A stretch of 64,000 nt of DNA, taken from positions 1,788-65,787 of the forward strand of contig CAZKPK010000002.1 in NCBI GenBank assembly GCA_964554645.1. Direction: 5' to 3'. Below the pieces are notes generated by a model, which did no database searches, had not been told where the DNA came from, and saw only the letters and a program-made list of their open reading frames with translations. Below are positions 46,101-53,949 of this stretch, piece after piece. Source of the DNA: an uncultured Candidatus Saccharibacteria bacterium. GTDB taxonomy: Bacteria; Patescibacteriota; Minisyncoccia; Phycocordibacterales; UBA9973. Positions within the stretch are counted from its first letter, which is position 1. Every line of letters starts with the position of its first letter. The position numbers were made by a program, and so were the translations under genes.

Positions 46101-47327
46101 ACTTCTGGCACTGGCGACGAACAATGGACACCAGCGGATGAGGAACTTATGGTTGTTCTAGCTGATGCTGGTGCAAACCTTACAGTAAAACGTGGTGCAT
46201 TTGGAACAACTGCTACAGCAATAGATGCAACAGGTACTGACAGTATCTTCCGCTTGAACACCGCTACTATGACTACGTCTGCTGGCTTGGTGGGCAACGC
46301 AATGACAGTTCTTGAAACCAAACTTGGCTTTGCCATCAAGTCTGATGCGCCTTCTGGCGCCTTTACTGGCGGTACTGATAAATACTTGTTCGGTGTTACT
46401 GTTACGGCGGCCAATAACTCTGCTGATACAGCTACCAATACCGCGACAATTAACCGCATTGATGTAACCAGCAACAAGTCTGCCGCTTCAGTGGCAAATT
46501 TGAAAGCTTACCCATCTGAGTACAACCAAAACTCAACTTACGCCACAACTTGTGTCGGTCTATCTGAAACAAAGTGGCGCTGTACTTTGAGCTCAACCGG
46601 TTCTACTAATCTAGTTGACGAGAATTCTTCCAGAAGCTACACCTTCCGCGGAGACCTTGGTTACTCGGCCGCGGGTTCAGTTGACTTCAGTATTGCGGCT
46701 TTAGGTACCTCTGACACATCCACCAACTCTGTTTCTTGGTCAGACGGCGCGGCTACCCCGACTACACAGGTATGGGTAAATCAAGCCACGACGGTTATCC
46801 AGGGAGGTTCTTTGACCACGACTGCCGCTTCTGGCACTCGTGACCAGACAGTTCCGACAATGACAGCAATTGGTGTTGCAAGTAGTGGTACTACAGATGA
46901 CAGTGTTGATGCAGGTGATATCATTACAATTACGCTTAGCGAAATGATTGATCCTTCAAACATCAATGCCTCATTGGTTCCTGGTGGTTCAGCAGTGACT
47001 GGTGTTGCCGCTACCGCAACTGGTGGCGTGACTGGAGTTCAAGCCGATGGTATTATAACCGTTACTAATATCACCACATTTGACTCCGGCGCTTCTATCG
47101 CCGCGGCTGCAAGCTTCACCACGGACTTGACTCTTAACTCAGCGGGTACATTGCTCACGATTACCTTAAACACAGGTACTGCGAGAGTCGTTACTACCCC
47201 TGCTCTAGGCGCCGGTACGACTGTTGTCGGTACGGCGACTGTGGGCATCAAAGATGTCAACGGAAATGTGATGGCTTCTGCCGCATCTCCAGTGCCAACA
47301 CAGACTGGTGGCGGCACAGCCTTCTAG
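43155..47327 (+). CDS. very large secreted cell-surface protein with an N-terminal peptidoglycan-binding (PG_binding_1-like) domain and repetitive beta-rich domains
   Basis: It has a signal peptide (LLGIMLVATLAVAFVFAMFATTAFA) and a PG-binding-like segment (GSKGDAVKCLQSAVGVTADGSFGPITKAAVQTWQ...LVADGIFG). A duplicated Cys-pair module (TTLPAGCTSTSGYSPTTGTKCD) occurs twice. The 1390-aa protein is rich in Thr, Ala, Gly and Ser. Confidence 0.7.
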   Translation: MSKLLKSKYLLGIMLVATLAVAFVFAMFATTAFAQTACSTGTTTLRVGSKGDAVKCLQSAVGVTADGSFGPITKAAVQTWQTSKSLVADGIFGRLSRAAFTGGTVTVSGTTLPAGCTSTSGYSPTTGTKCDTAVAVSTTLPAGCTSTAGYSPTTGTKCDSGGTTTTTTNPTGPVSVALATDNPASRSVTTTEAGADLAHFSFTGSGTVTNITLKRTGISADASLSSVYLYDGALRLTDAASVSSGSMITFNDPNGLFVVNGSRTISIKSDMAGNSGETIGVALVSFTASGQAIVTLSAPLSGNLMTVASATLAGVSFGTITPAANANLTPDNDVIVWQSTAAITTRDVWLSRFTIREVGSIAKTDISNLRLIIDATTVATVANPDANGYSTFALTSPLKLITGSHTFKVLADVTGGSSLTFTFSIRNRTDIGLVDSQYNVGFLTSTVVGSLTAGQQTISTGYVTVQKATDSPTSTIVLAGTDVVLGRFTAKTYGEKVKVDTMLVDFSGTSGTTLRNGRILVDGQQVGSTTTINPASTGTSFNVNHTFLPGATAIIEVRADIYNNDADALPAYAAGDTIQVILSTGVNNAQGLVSGDATLDVPTANVNANSLTVGSGSITLAKDQVYGNQSVVVPTTATLLGSWVLTSGTTEALNLDTIQVDLAFLNEFAAADLSNVYVMYGSKITSSKATVSATAGANTWNISEAMAVNSTMTFKVYGDIATGAVVDTVNADTVIPSLLVSGTSASGTAVNTNSNTVLAGQTITAVNSGSLTVSLDANTPIAAQVVAGTTDSGGSLKIKLAGTNEDQYVKTVRIYANTSANSAAISSMNLAWSATSNGAYATVGQDQTLTNDGTNPGYSVWSLTGASRVTVPKNGSIYLKVTPSYVSSGQTEVSGLTPKLFLGDLQAEGTSLLAAGGTTATLINSTGIIIQANSSAVAGRTYIDSTENRLAAAITATATTITTAGGQTFLPGDIIFVDWSGPTSGTGDEQWTPADEELMVVLADAGANLTVKRGAFGTTATAIDATGTDSIFRLNTATMTTSAGLVGNAMTVLETKLGFAIKSDAPSGAFTGGTDKYLFGVTVTAANNSADTATNTATINRIDVTSNKSAASVANLKAYPSEYNQNSTYATTCVGLSETKWRCTLSSTGSTNLVDENSSRSYTFRGDLGYSAAGSVDFSIAALGTSDTSTNSVSWSDGAATPTTQVWVNQATTVIQGGSLTTTAASGTRDQTVPTMTAIGVASSGTTDDSVDAGDIITITLSEMIDPSNINASLVPGGSAVTGVAATATGGVTGVQADGIITVTNITTFDSGASIAAAASFTTDLTLNSAGTLLTITLNTGTARVVTTPALGAGTTVVGTATVGIKDVNGNVMASAASPVPTQTGGGTAF

Positions 47328-47375
47328 TAGTTAATAAAATTTTGCAGAGGTCGAAATACTGCAAACTTCAAAAAA

Positions 47376-47406
47376 CACCCTGAGAGAAATCGAAGGGTGT
47401 TTTTTG
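47376..47406 (+). terminator. intrinsic terminator (caccct...agggtg stem followed by a T-run)
   Basis: It reads aaaaaacaccctgagagaaatcgaagggtgttttttg and lies immediately after the 43155 gene. Confidence 0.6.
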
Positions 47407-47442
47407 TTGCGTAAAAGATTTTATTTGCTATACTCAAACAAC

Positions 47443-48171
47443 ATGAATAAAAATGCGCAAACATATATTGGTTTTGTTGTCTTGGTTTTGATTGTCGGGG
47501 CCGGGTTCTTTCTGCTGAGAGATAAAAAAGAAAATATTCCGATTGACGTTAACAATAATGTGACAGAAGTGCCGGATAACATTACGCCCGCGCCGGAAAA
47601 ACCGATTGAAACAAAACCGGATGCCAACAAACAAACCGGCCTTACGGCAGGGCAAAAAACCCTCTTGGCGAAATTGCAGAAGTCCGTGGATGCCCGAGAT
47701 TTTGAAACTTTTGCCGGTATTCTTCTTGAAGTCTATAAAAAAGAATGGGGCGGAATCAAGGAATTTGGCGCCTTGGAAAGCAAACTGTATGTCTATGCCA
47801 CGAATGAGTATTGGGTAAAGGGGGATTTGGGGAATTCCCTCAAGGTTTCCACTATCGTGTATAATAAAGTTCCGGAGGCATGGCGTTTCCGTTATCTTCG
47901 CATTATTACCCTTCATAAATATGGCAGAAATGCTTTTGAGAAAGGGGATTTGTCCGTCGCGGAGGACTACGCAAATCAAATTTTACAGATGATGTATCGG
48001 CCGGAAGGGGCGCATTTGCTGGCGGATGTGTACATTTCCAGGATTGAAACTAATCTAAAAGATGGTAATATGAATATGGCCAAGCAAAATTTAGACTTTA
48101 TTTGGGATTTTGAGGTAAGTCAAGACCGCCGGGATAAGCTAAATGAGCTTAAAAGGCAGATAGAGAAGTAA
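47443..48171 (+). CDS. hypothetical membrane-anchored protein with a helical-repeat (possibly TPR-like) domain
   Basis: The likely start is the Met at 47443. One N-terminal TM helix (IGFVVLVLIVGAGFFLL) is followed by a helical region. Confidence 0.4.
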   Translation: MNKNAQTYIGFVVLVLIVGAGFFLLRDKKENIPIDVNNNVTEVPDNITPAPEKPIETKPDANKQTGLTAGQKTLLAKLQKSVDARDFETFAGILLEVYKKEWGGIKEFGALESKLYVYATNEYWVKGDLGNSLKVSTIVYNKVPEAWRFRYLRIITLHKYGRNAFEKGDLSVAEDYANQILQMMYRPEGAHLLADVYISRIETNLKDGNMNMAKQNLDFIWDFEVSQDRRDKLNELKRQIEK

Positions 48172-48181
48172 TTATTATAAG

Positions 48182-48228
48182 TCCCGACGTAAAGTCGGGA
48201 TCCCGACAATGAAATTCGTCGGGATTTA
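48182..48228. repeat. two tandem hairpins sharing the stem TCCCGAC/GTCGGGA
   Basis: It reads tcccgacgtaaagtcggga followed by tcccgacaatgaaattcgtcggga. A related hairpin lies at 8737-8757. Confidence 0.5.
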
Positions 48229-48243
48229 ATTAAAACCAATAGC

Positions 48244-48600
48244 ATGTCAAAAAAAAATATTGTAATAGCAATTATAGTAGTTGTGATTGTGATAGGAGTT
48301 GGTTTTTGGTTTAATAAAAAGACTGTGGAGAATGTTTATTCTGTGGTGTATATGACGACAGGGGAAGTATATGTCGGCAAATTAACAACTTTTCCCGAGT
48401 TAGAGCTTAAAAATGCCTATATCTTACAAGTAGTTAAGGATGAAAAAGACACTACTAAGAACAATTTCCAGTTGAATCCTATAAAGGACGCTCTTTGGGC
48501 GCCGGAGAGTATGCATCTCATAAAGGACAATGTCGCTTTTTTTGGGACCCTCTTGTCCGATAGCGCGATTGCTCAAACTTTGGCGGAGAAGGGAAAATAA
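48244..48600 (+). CDS. small membrane-anchored hypothetical protein
   Basis: It has an N-terminal TM helix (IVIAIIVVVIVIGVGFWF). Confidence 0.4.
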   Translation: MSKKNIVIAIIVVVIVIGVGFWFNKKTVENVYSVVYMTTGEVYVGKLTTFPELELKNAYILQVVKDEKDTTKNNFQLNPIKDALWAPESMHLIKDNVAFFGTLLSDSAIAQTLAEKGK

Positions 48601-48668
48601 AGAATTAGGTTTTAGTCACTAGGTTCTAGCTTCTAGTATGTTACTAGTTACTAGCACCTAGAAACTAG
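48601..48668. repeat. CTAG-rich intergenic array
   Basis: It contains cactaggttctagcttctagtatgttactagttactagcacctagaaactagcacctaa. Confidence 0.5.
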
Positions 48669-48681
48669 CACCTAACTAAAG

Positions 48682-48690
48682 TTATCCACA
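48682..48690 (+). promoter_or_regulatory. TTATCCACA box
   Basis: It is an exact 9-mer in the same context as 42630, following a CTAG array and preceding a tgtataat -10. Confidence 0.4.
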
Positions 48691-48780
48691 GTTTTTCTTG
48701 TGTTCTAATATTTGTTTGTATTGTATAATTATAAGTGCATAAAAGTCCTGCCTGCGGTAGGCAGGGTCGAATACTTTTTT

Positions 48781-48864
48781 GTTCGCCCGCCAAAATTTTC
48801 TTTACCCGCCTGAAATTTTCTTTGTAAAATTTCGGTGGGTGAATAAATTTAGGCGGGTAAATCT
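48781..48864. promoter_or_regulatory. array of three CCCGCC-containing half-sites (two direct, one inverted) upstream of the glycine-rich surface-protein gene
   Basis: The sites are gcccgccaaaatttt, acccgcctgaaatttt and the inverted aaatttaggcgggt. Confidence 0.4.
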
Positions 48865-48977
48865 TGAATTGTTTATAAATGCATTATTAAGCAATTGAGG
48901 AAGTTATTTTTATTATTAGAAATTATTATTAGCTTGTCCCGCGAAGCCTTGGCGTAGTGGGATAAAATTATCAATTT

Positions 48978-51545
48978 ATGAAAAAATTATTTAAAGGTTT
49001 AGGTTTGAGTTTTCTGGCGCTGGCGCTCGTCGTCGGAGTAGGGGCCCAATCTGCGAGTGCCACACTTACCGTGGCCGCTTTAGCGGCTACCAGTGATGGA
49101 GCTCTTACACTGAGTAGCAGTTCAATCACCAGCGCCATTACCGTCGGCACATCAACCATGACGACCGGCGCGACTACCATTTATGGCGGCACAGGAACAG
49201 GAGCCATCACTCTCACCCCGGGCACTGCCGGCACAATTGTCATCGGCGCGGCAGCTGGTACAGGAGCAATTACTCTTGGTTCGTCCACCGCGGCGCAAAC
49301 GGTTAACATTGGCAACGGTGTCCCTGCCGCTGACCAAACAGTAAATATCATGTCAGGCGCTGCTGCTTCTGCAGGCGCGGGTACTCTCAATATCGGTAAC
49401 AGCGACCGAATCACAACTATCAATCTCGGCAATGTGGCTCCTGATGCCGCAAGAACAACAACTGTTGCTGGAGGAGCTGCGGCTGTGGTAGATACGGTTA
49501 ACATTGGTACGGGTGCGGCAACAGCCGCTGGTGGTAAGACAATTCACATTGGCGATACTGACCCAACCGGTTCAGGCACAAATTTAATTACAATCGGTAG
49601 CAATGGAGCTTTCGCGTCCACTACTACCATTAAGGGTGGTAACGGCGCAACAGCTATCAACTTAACACCCTCCGATGCTGGAGGTATCGTCATCGGCACA
49701 GCCACTCAAACCACTAACGGCACTATCGTTTACGGTGGTACAAACACTGGCACCAACGCTTCAGGTATCTCTGGTATCGCTTTGACTCCCGGAACTGCTG
49801 GTACAATTAACATCGGTAAATCAGATGGTACTGGCATAATTACAGTTGGTTCGTCTTCTGGCACTCAATCTGTTCTAATCGGTAACGGCGCAGGTGTTGC
49901 AACTGTTTCTCTTGCGAACGCAGGTACTGCCGGCAACACAGTTAACATTGCCACTGCGGCTACTGCCGACACTAAGACAGACACGGTCAACATCGCAACT
50001 GGCAACGCAGCTGGCGGCACTTCTGGCGGAAAGACAGTAAACATTGCTACCGGTGTTCCGGGCGCGAGTGCGGTTAACACCGTTTCTATTGCTAGTGGTG
50101 GCACCACAACAGGTACTGCTGTTGTTACGATTGGTAGCAATGGCGCTGCCGCTCATACTACTACCATTAAGGGTGGTAATGGCGCAGGCGCTATTACCCT
50201 AACTCCGGAAGCAACTGCCGGTACTATTGTCATCGGAGCAACTGCTGGCGCTGGAGCAATTACCGTTGGTTCTTCTTCTACGACTCAGTCAGTCTTGATT
50301 GGTAACGGCGCAGGTGTGGCAACAGTTTCTATCGCTCATACTGGCACAGCGGGTAATACTGTGAACATCGCTGGCGCGGCAACGGCCGACACCAAGACAG
50401 ACACGGTCAACATCGCAACCGGAAATGCCGCCGCTCAAGCGGGAGCCACAACAGTGAAGGCTGTCAATATTGCTACCGGAACTCCTGGCGCGAATGGTAG
50501 AAACTATGTTACTATCGGCACGAATGCGCTTGCTTCTAAAACTTTGCTTCTTGGTGGTACTGGCGCAACTGGCACCACGGCTGCTACAGCCGCTATCGGT
50601 TTGTCTTCGGACACTGCCGGTACTATCGTTATCGGTGGTCCTGCGCAGACGGGAGCTATCTACCTTGGCGACAACGCTTCAACTGCCATAACAACTGTCA
50701 ATATCGGGACGGACTCAACTGGGCAAGATGTCGTGGTTGTCGGTTCCGCGCACGCAAGCTCTACTTTCACTCTTGAAGCTGGAACAGGCGCTACCGCTAT
50801 CCAAATCGGTAATGGCGCTACTGCTCATGGAATTAAGATTGGGACAAATGCTACCGGAGATAATGATATTTCCATAGGCGGGGCCAATGCGGGTTCTACG
50901 GTTATTGTTGAAGCTGGAACTGCCGCTGGCGCTATCTTGATCGGTAACGGCGCGACTGCGCACGGAATTCAAATCGGTAACGGCGCGTCTGTCAACACGA
51001 TTATCCTTGGTTCTACCAACACCACATCTACCTTGGCGCTTAACGCAGGTGTAGATGATACTACAGGCGGTATAACTATCTCTGGAGCAATAAACGGCGC
51101 TTCGCCTTTGGTTTTTGAAGGCGTAACAGTCAACGGTTTTGAGACTACCATAGCTGTTACAGATCCTACAGCTGACAAGACGGTTACTATTCCAAACAGA
51201 ACCGGACAAGTACAAATTGCCGGCGCATGTACGGCTTTGACGGCGGGCGCGGCGGTTACCTTAACTGTTGGGTCAAACTGCTACACTGATACCATTACAA
51301 CTGACAACGAAGACCAGACAATCACATTCTCCGGCGCAGGTGTAGCGGGTGAAATGGTAACAATTATCTTCATAACAGATGCCGCTGGCGCCAATGATGA
51401 AGTTATTACATTTCATACAACATTAACAAGCACTGTTGGCACATTGACTCTCGCCAATGTTGCTTCGCAACGTTATGCTGTTAGTTTCATGAGTGATGGC
51501 ACGATTTGGAATGAAATAGCAAGAACAGCGGTACAACCTTCATAA
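48978..51545 (+). CDS. secreted glycine/alanine/threonine-rich repeat protein (beta-helix or filamentous-adhesin-like)
   Basis: It has a signal peptide and dozens of GTAGTIVIGxxAGTGAITLGSS-type repeats. It contains an about 420-nt intragenic tandem duplication (49590-50010 / 50010-50430). Confidence 0.65.
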   Translation: MKKLFKGLGLSFLALALVVGVGAQSASATLTVAALAATSDGALTLSSSSITSAITVGTSTMTTGATTIYGGTGTGAITLTPGTAGTIVIGAAAGTGAITLGSSTAAQTVNIGNGVPAADQTVNIMSGAAASAGAGTLNIGNSDRITTINLGNVAPDAARTTTVAGGAAAVVDTVNIGTGAATAAGGKTIHIGDTDPTGSGTNLITIGSNGAFASTTTIKGGNGATAINLTPSDAGGIVIGTATQTTNGTIVYGGTNTGTNASGISGIALTPGTAGTINIGKSDGTGIITVGSSSGTQSVLIGNGAGVATVSLANAGTAGNTVNIATAATADTKTDTVNIATGNAAGGTSGGKTVNIATGVPGASAVNTVSIASGGTTTGTAVVTIGSNGAAAHTTTIKGGNGAGAITLTPEATAGTIVIGATAGAGAITVGSSSTTQSVLIGNGAGVATVSIAHTGTAGNTVNIAGAATADTKTDTVNIATGNAAAQAGATTVKAVNIATGTPGANGRNYVTIGTNALASKTLLLGGTGATGTTAATAAIGLSSDTAGTIVIGGPAQTGAIYLGDNASTAITTVNIGTDSTGQDVVVVGSAHASSTFTLEAGTGATAIQIGNGATAHGIKIGTNATGDNDISIGGANAGSTVIVEAGTAAGAILIGNGATAHGIQIGNGASVNTIILGSTNTTSTLALNAGVDDTTGGITISGAINGASPLVFEGVTVNGFETTIAVTDPTADKTVTIPNRTGQVQIAGACTALTAGAAVTLTVGSNCYTDTITTDNEDQTITFSGAGVAGEMVTIIFITDAAGANDEVITFHTTLTSTVGTLTLANVASQRYAVSFMSDGTIWNEIARTAVQPS

Positions 51546-51583
51546 TTATTTTGTTTCTTAAGTCTTAAATTATCAGCAAATAA

Positions 51584-51629
51584 ATATACGGGATTTTTCG
51601 CGAAGCTCTCTAGGTTGAATCCCGTATAT
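51584..51629. promoter_or_regulatory. perfect 12-bp inverted repeat (atatacgggatt...aatcccgtatat) with a 22-nt spacer, overlapping the promoter (gtatatataat) of the downstream gene
   Basis: Seen directly in the sequence. Confidence 0.5.
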
Positions 51630-51647
51630 ATAATCTTAAAAAACAAA

Positions 51648-52748
51648 ATGATTAAAAAATTAAAAATTGGTTTGTTGGTGGCTGTATTAACCTTGGCTGT
51701 CGGAGTCGGCTCCGCTTCTGCGGCTGACTTGATTTTCAGCGTGGATACGAATGTTACCATTGGTAGCGCCACCTACACTATTGCGAGCGGTTCCCAGGCG
51801 ACTACCATTGCTCCAGGCGCCTCCTCCATTGAAGTTGTGATTCCCGCCGATGTCTTCTTTACTTTCAAGTCAGCGGACAAATACACACTCAATAGTTCTT
51901 ATGGCGCTATGCAGTGCGGCGCGTCTTTCAGTTCTATCACTATAGAACGCGCTGGGACTTACACCATTACCCCGGACACTAATGCCGTATGTACTAGCGG
52001 TAGCGGTGGTACGCCCTCCGGCGGCTCGGCTCCTTCAGGTAGCGTAGCCCCAGCGGCTACTCCAACCGCTCCAGTCGTATCTGTAGCTCCTCCGGCTTTG
52101 GTTGTTCCGGATTTAGGCTGTACCGGCGGAGCTTTTAGCACGACAACAGGCAAAGCTTGCGCGGCGGCTACGGTTACTCCTGCCACTCCGGCTACCCCAG
52201 CAGTTCCGGGAGTAACTTCTGCCACTCCCGCTACCCCGGCAAAAGTCTACAACTTCGGCACCGCTACCTTGAAAAATGGCAGTAAAGGCGAAGCGGTCAA
52301 GGAATTACAAAGATTTCTGAATGCCAAACTGAATCTTGGTTTGGTAGTTGACGGAGCTCTAGGTCCAAAGACGATTGCCGTGATCAAACAATGGCAATCT
52401 GACAATGGTCTAGTGGCTGACGGTCTCATCGGCGCTAAAACAAAAGCGATGATGAACTCACAGGCTGATACAGCTACAACCCCAGCTACTGCTCCTTCGG
52501 CAAGCTCAGGATCTACGACCTACAACTTCGGCACCACTACTCTCAAAAACGGCAGCCGAGGCGAAGCGGTCAAGGAACTGCAGAGATTCTTGAATGCAAA
52601 GTTGAATCTAGGCTTGTCCATAGACGGAGCGCTCGGTCCAAAGACGATTGCCGTGATTAAACAATGGCAATCGGACAATGGTCTGGTAGCTGATGGTCTC
52701 ATCGGAACCAAAACAAAAGCGATGATGAACGCGCAGGCGGGTCAGTAG
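51648..52748 (+). CDS. secreted protein with two C-terminal peptidoglycan-binding (PG_binding_1-like) repeats
   Basis: The likely start is the ATG at 51648; the track's 51615 start is a TTG. It has a signal peptide (MIKKLKIGLLVAVLTLAVGVGSASA) and two nearly identical 70-aa repeats (GSKGEAVKELQRFLNAKLNLGLVVDGALGPKTIAVIKQWQSDNGLVADGLIG). Confidence 0.7.
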   Translation: MIKKLKIGLLVAVLTLAVGVGSASAADLIFSVDTNVTIGSATYTIASGSQATTIAPGASSIEVVIPADVFFTFKSADKYTLNSSYGAMQCGASFSSITIERAGTYTITPDTNAVCTSGSGGTPSGGSAPSGSVAPAATPTAPVVSVAPPALVVPDLGCTGGAFSTTTGKACAAATVTPATPATPAVPGVTSATPATPAKVYNFGTATLKNGSKGEAVKELQRFLNAKLNLGLVVDGALGPKTIAVIKQWQSDNGLVADGLIGAKTKAMMNSQADTATTPATAPSASSGSTTYNFGTTTLKNGSRGEAVKELQRFLNAKLNLGLSIDGALGPKTIAVIKQWQSDNGLVADGLIGTKTKAMMNAQAGQ

Positions 52749-52755
52749 AGTTTAA

Positions 52756-52848
52756 TTCTCCTCTTTGAGGAGTACCCTTTCAGGGGGAGGTGGACGAATT
52801 TATCCACCCCGCTCCGGCTTTTTGTCGGAGCACCCCTCAAGAGGGGAA
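52756..52848 (+). repeat. four-hairpin GC-rich structured element, copy B
   Basis: It has the same architecture as copy A. Hairpin 3 is replaced by a compensatory variant (ctccg-gctttttgt-cggag). A TAGAGT hexamer lies 4 nt upstream, and an intrinsic terminator follows. Confidence 0.55.
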
Positions 52849-52861
52849 TAGATTCTACAAA

Positions 52862-52887
52862 AAATCCGCTTTCTGGCGGATTTTTTG
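52862..52887 (+). terminator. intrinsic terminator (aaaatccgc-tttctg-gcggatttttt)
   Basis: It has a stem of 7-8 bp followed by a T6 run. Confidence 0.65.
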
Positions 52888-52910
52888 TGTGCTTGCAGTT
52901 TTTATTTTGA

Positions 52911-53153
52911 TTGTGTTATACTCAGTTTATGATTACGGTAACAATACCTAAAACTAAATATCAAGTAATTGTTCGTCAAGCTAATGCTTATCGCAAACTT
53001 GCTTCTAGTTTTGCTTCTCAAATGATTGAAACGCCGATTAATGTTGTAGTGGATAATTTTAATGCGACGGGGAAATATTCTCAGGCGTTTCTTAATGACC
53101 TTGAAGATGGTCTGAATGATCTTCGTGAATCAAGATTATGGAAATCAAAATAG
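52911..53153 (+). CDS. hypothetical small protein (80 aa)
   Basis: The ORF is open but has no recognisable motifs. Confidence 0.35.
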   Translation: MCYTQFMITVTIPKTKYQVIVRQANAYRKLASSFASQMIETPINVVVDNFNATGKYSQAFLNDLEDGLNDLRESRLWKSK

Positions 53154-53277
53154 TAACACCGAAAGTAACGCGTTATATTATTCTTCATGGTCTTCAATCA
53201 AAGTGGGAAAAATGCAAAATTCTTTTTTTTGGAAAATCCAAAGCATCCAAGTTTGCGTACCGAATGACTTGAACCAA

Positions 53278-53306
53278 AAGACGAAATGATTTTTTCATTT
53301 CGTCTT
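53278..53306. other. perfect 12-bp stem hairpin (aagacgaaatga-ttttt-tcatttcgtctt) in a 500-bp region with no long ORF
   Basis: Seen directly. It lies between gene ends and a downstream terminator, so it may be part of an sRNA or a transcription attenuator. Confidence 0.4.
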
Positions 53307-53419
53307 GATAAAAAATATAGAGCTCTGTTTATGATTAAAAATTCTGTTGCTTTTGTGTTTAGGATTACAAATCATTATCGATAGCGGAGAAATAAAAAAC
53401 TAAGATAGTTTTACAAAAA

Positions 53420-53446
53420 ATCCCCATATAGGGGATTTTTTGTTTT
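53420..53446 (+). terminator. intrinsic terminator (atcccc-atata-ggggat followed by a T-run; an A-run upstream makes it potentially bidirectional)
   Basis: It reads aaaaaatccccatataggggattttttgtttt. Confidence 0.6.
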
Positions 53447-53457
53447 ACCGTCCGAAG

Positions 53458-53466
53458 TTATCCACA
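53458..53466 (+). promoter_or_regulatory. TTATCCACA box within a conserved promoter module
   Basis: The about 45-nt module (ttatccacagg-taag-gtgg-ataataaattagtggtataataaa) is nearly identical to the one at 58649-58695. It includes an extended -10 (tgGTATAAT). Confidence 0.5.
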
Positions 53467-53648
53467 GGCTAAGTGTGGTATAATAAATTAGTGGTATAAT
53501 AAACTTATTATTAGAAAAATAACGAGCATAGCGAGATAGTTTTCTAACCCCGTCAAATAGCTTTTGTAAAACAAAAGCTAAAATCCGAAGGATTTTGTTT
53601 GACATGGGTAAAGATTTTTATATTTACTACGTTCATTAAAAATCATTT

Positions 53649-53918
53649 ATGGAGAATATTAATAAAAAAAATATGTGGATAGGGATTATTGTTTTAGTGG
53701 CAGTAATAGCGCTGGGTCTTTGGTATTCCGGCGCGAGGTACGATCAAGGATATGAAGCGGCTATCGCCGATATCAAAGCCCAGCAAGAAGAAGCTGGCAA
53801 CAAAGCGGCTCAAGCGGCATCCGATGAAGCTAATCCTTTCAAAGTATCCAATCCTTTGCAAGGGGTTGAAGCCAATCCGTTTGAAAAAGCCAAGAAAACT
53901 TTAAATCCGTTTGATTAA
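53649..53918 (+). CDS. small membrane-anchored hypothetical protein
   Basis: It has an N-terminal TM helix (MWIGIIVLVAVIALGLWY). Confidence 0.4.
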   Translation: MENINKKNMWIGIIVLVAVIALGLWYSGARYDQGYEAAIADIKAQQEEAGNKAAQAASDEANPFKVSNPLQGVEANPFEKAKKTLNPFD

Positions 53919-53949
53919 AACAAATTTTATTATTAGCAAATATATTCGT

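Noticed and set aside
3301-48668. CTAG-rich arrays and other short repeats as CRISPR arrays
   Set aside because: There is no regular repeat-spacer periodicity and the units are 6-12 nt overlapping palindromes. No cas genes are present in the window.
53411-53605. The 64-aa minus-strand ORF in the 53.2-53.6 kb noncoding region
   Set aside because: It spans an intrinsic terminator and the conserved promoter module of the downstream plus-strand gene. It has no start context and no motif.
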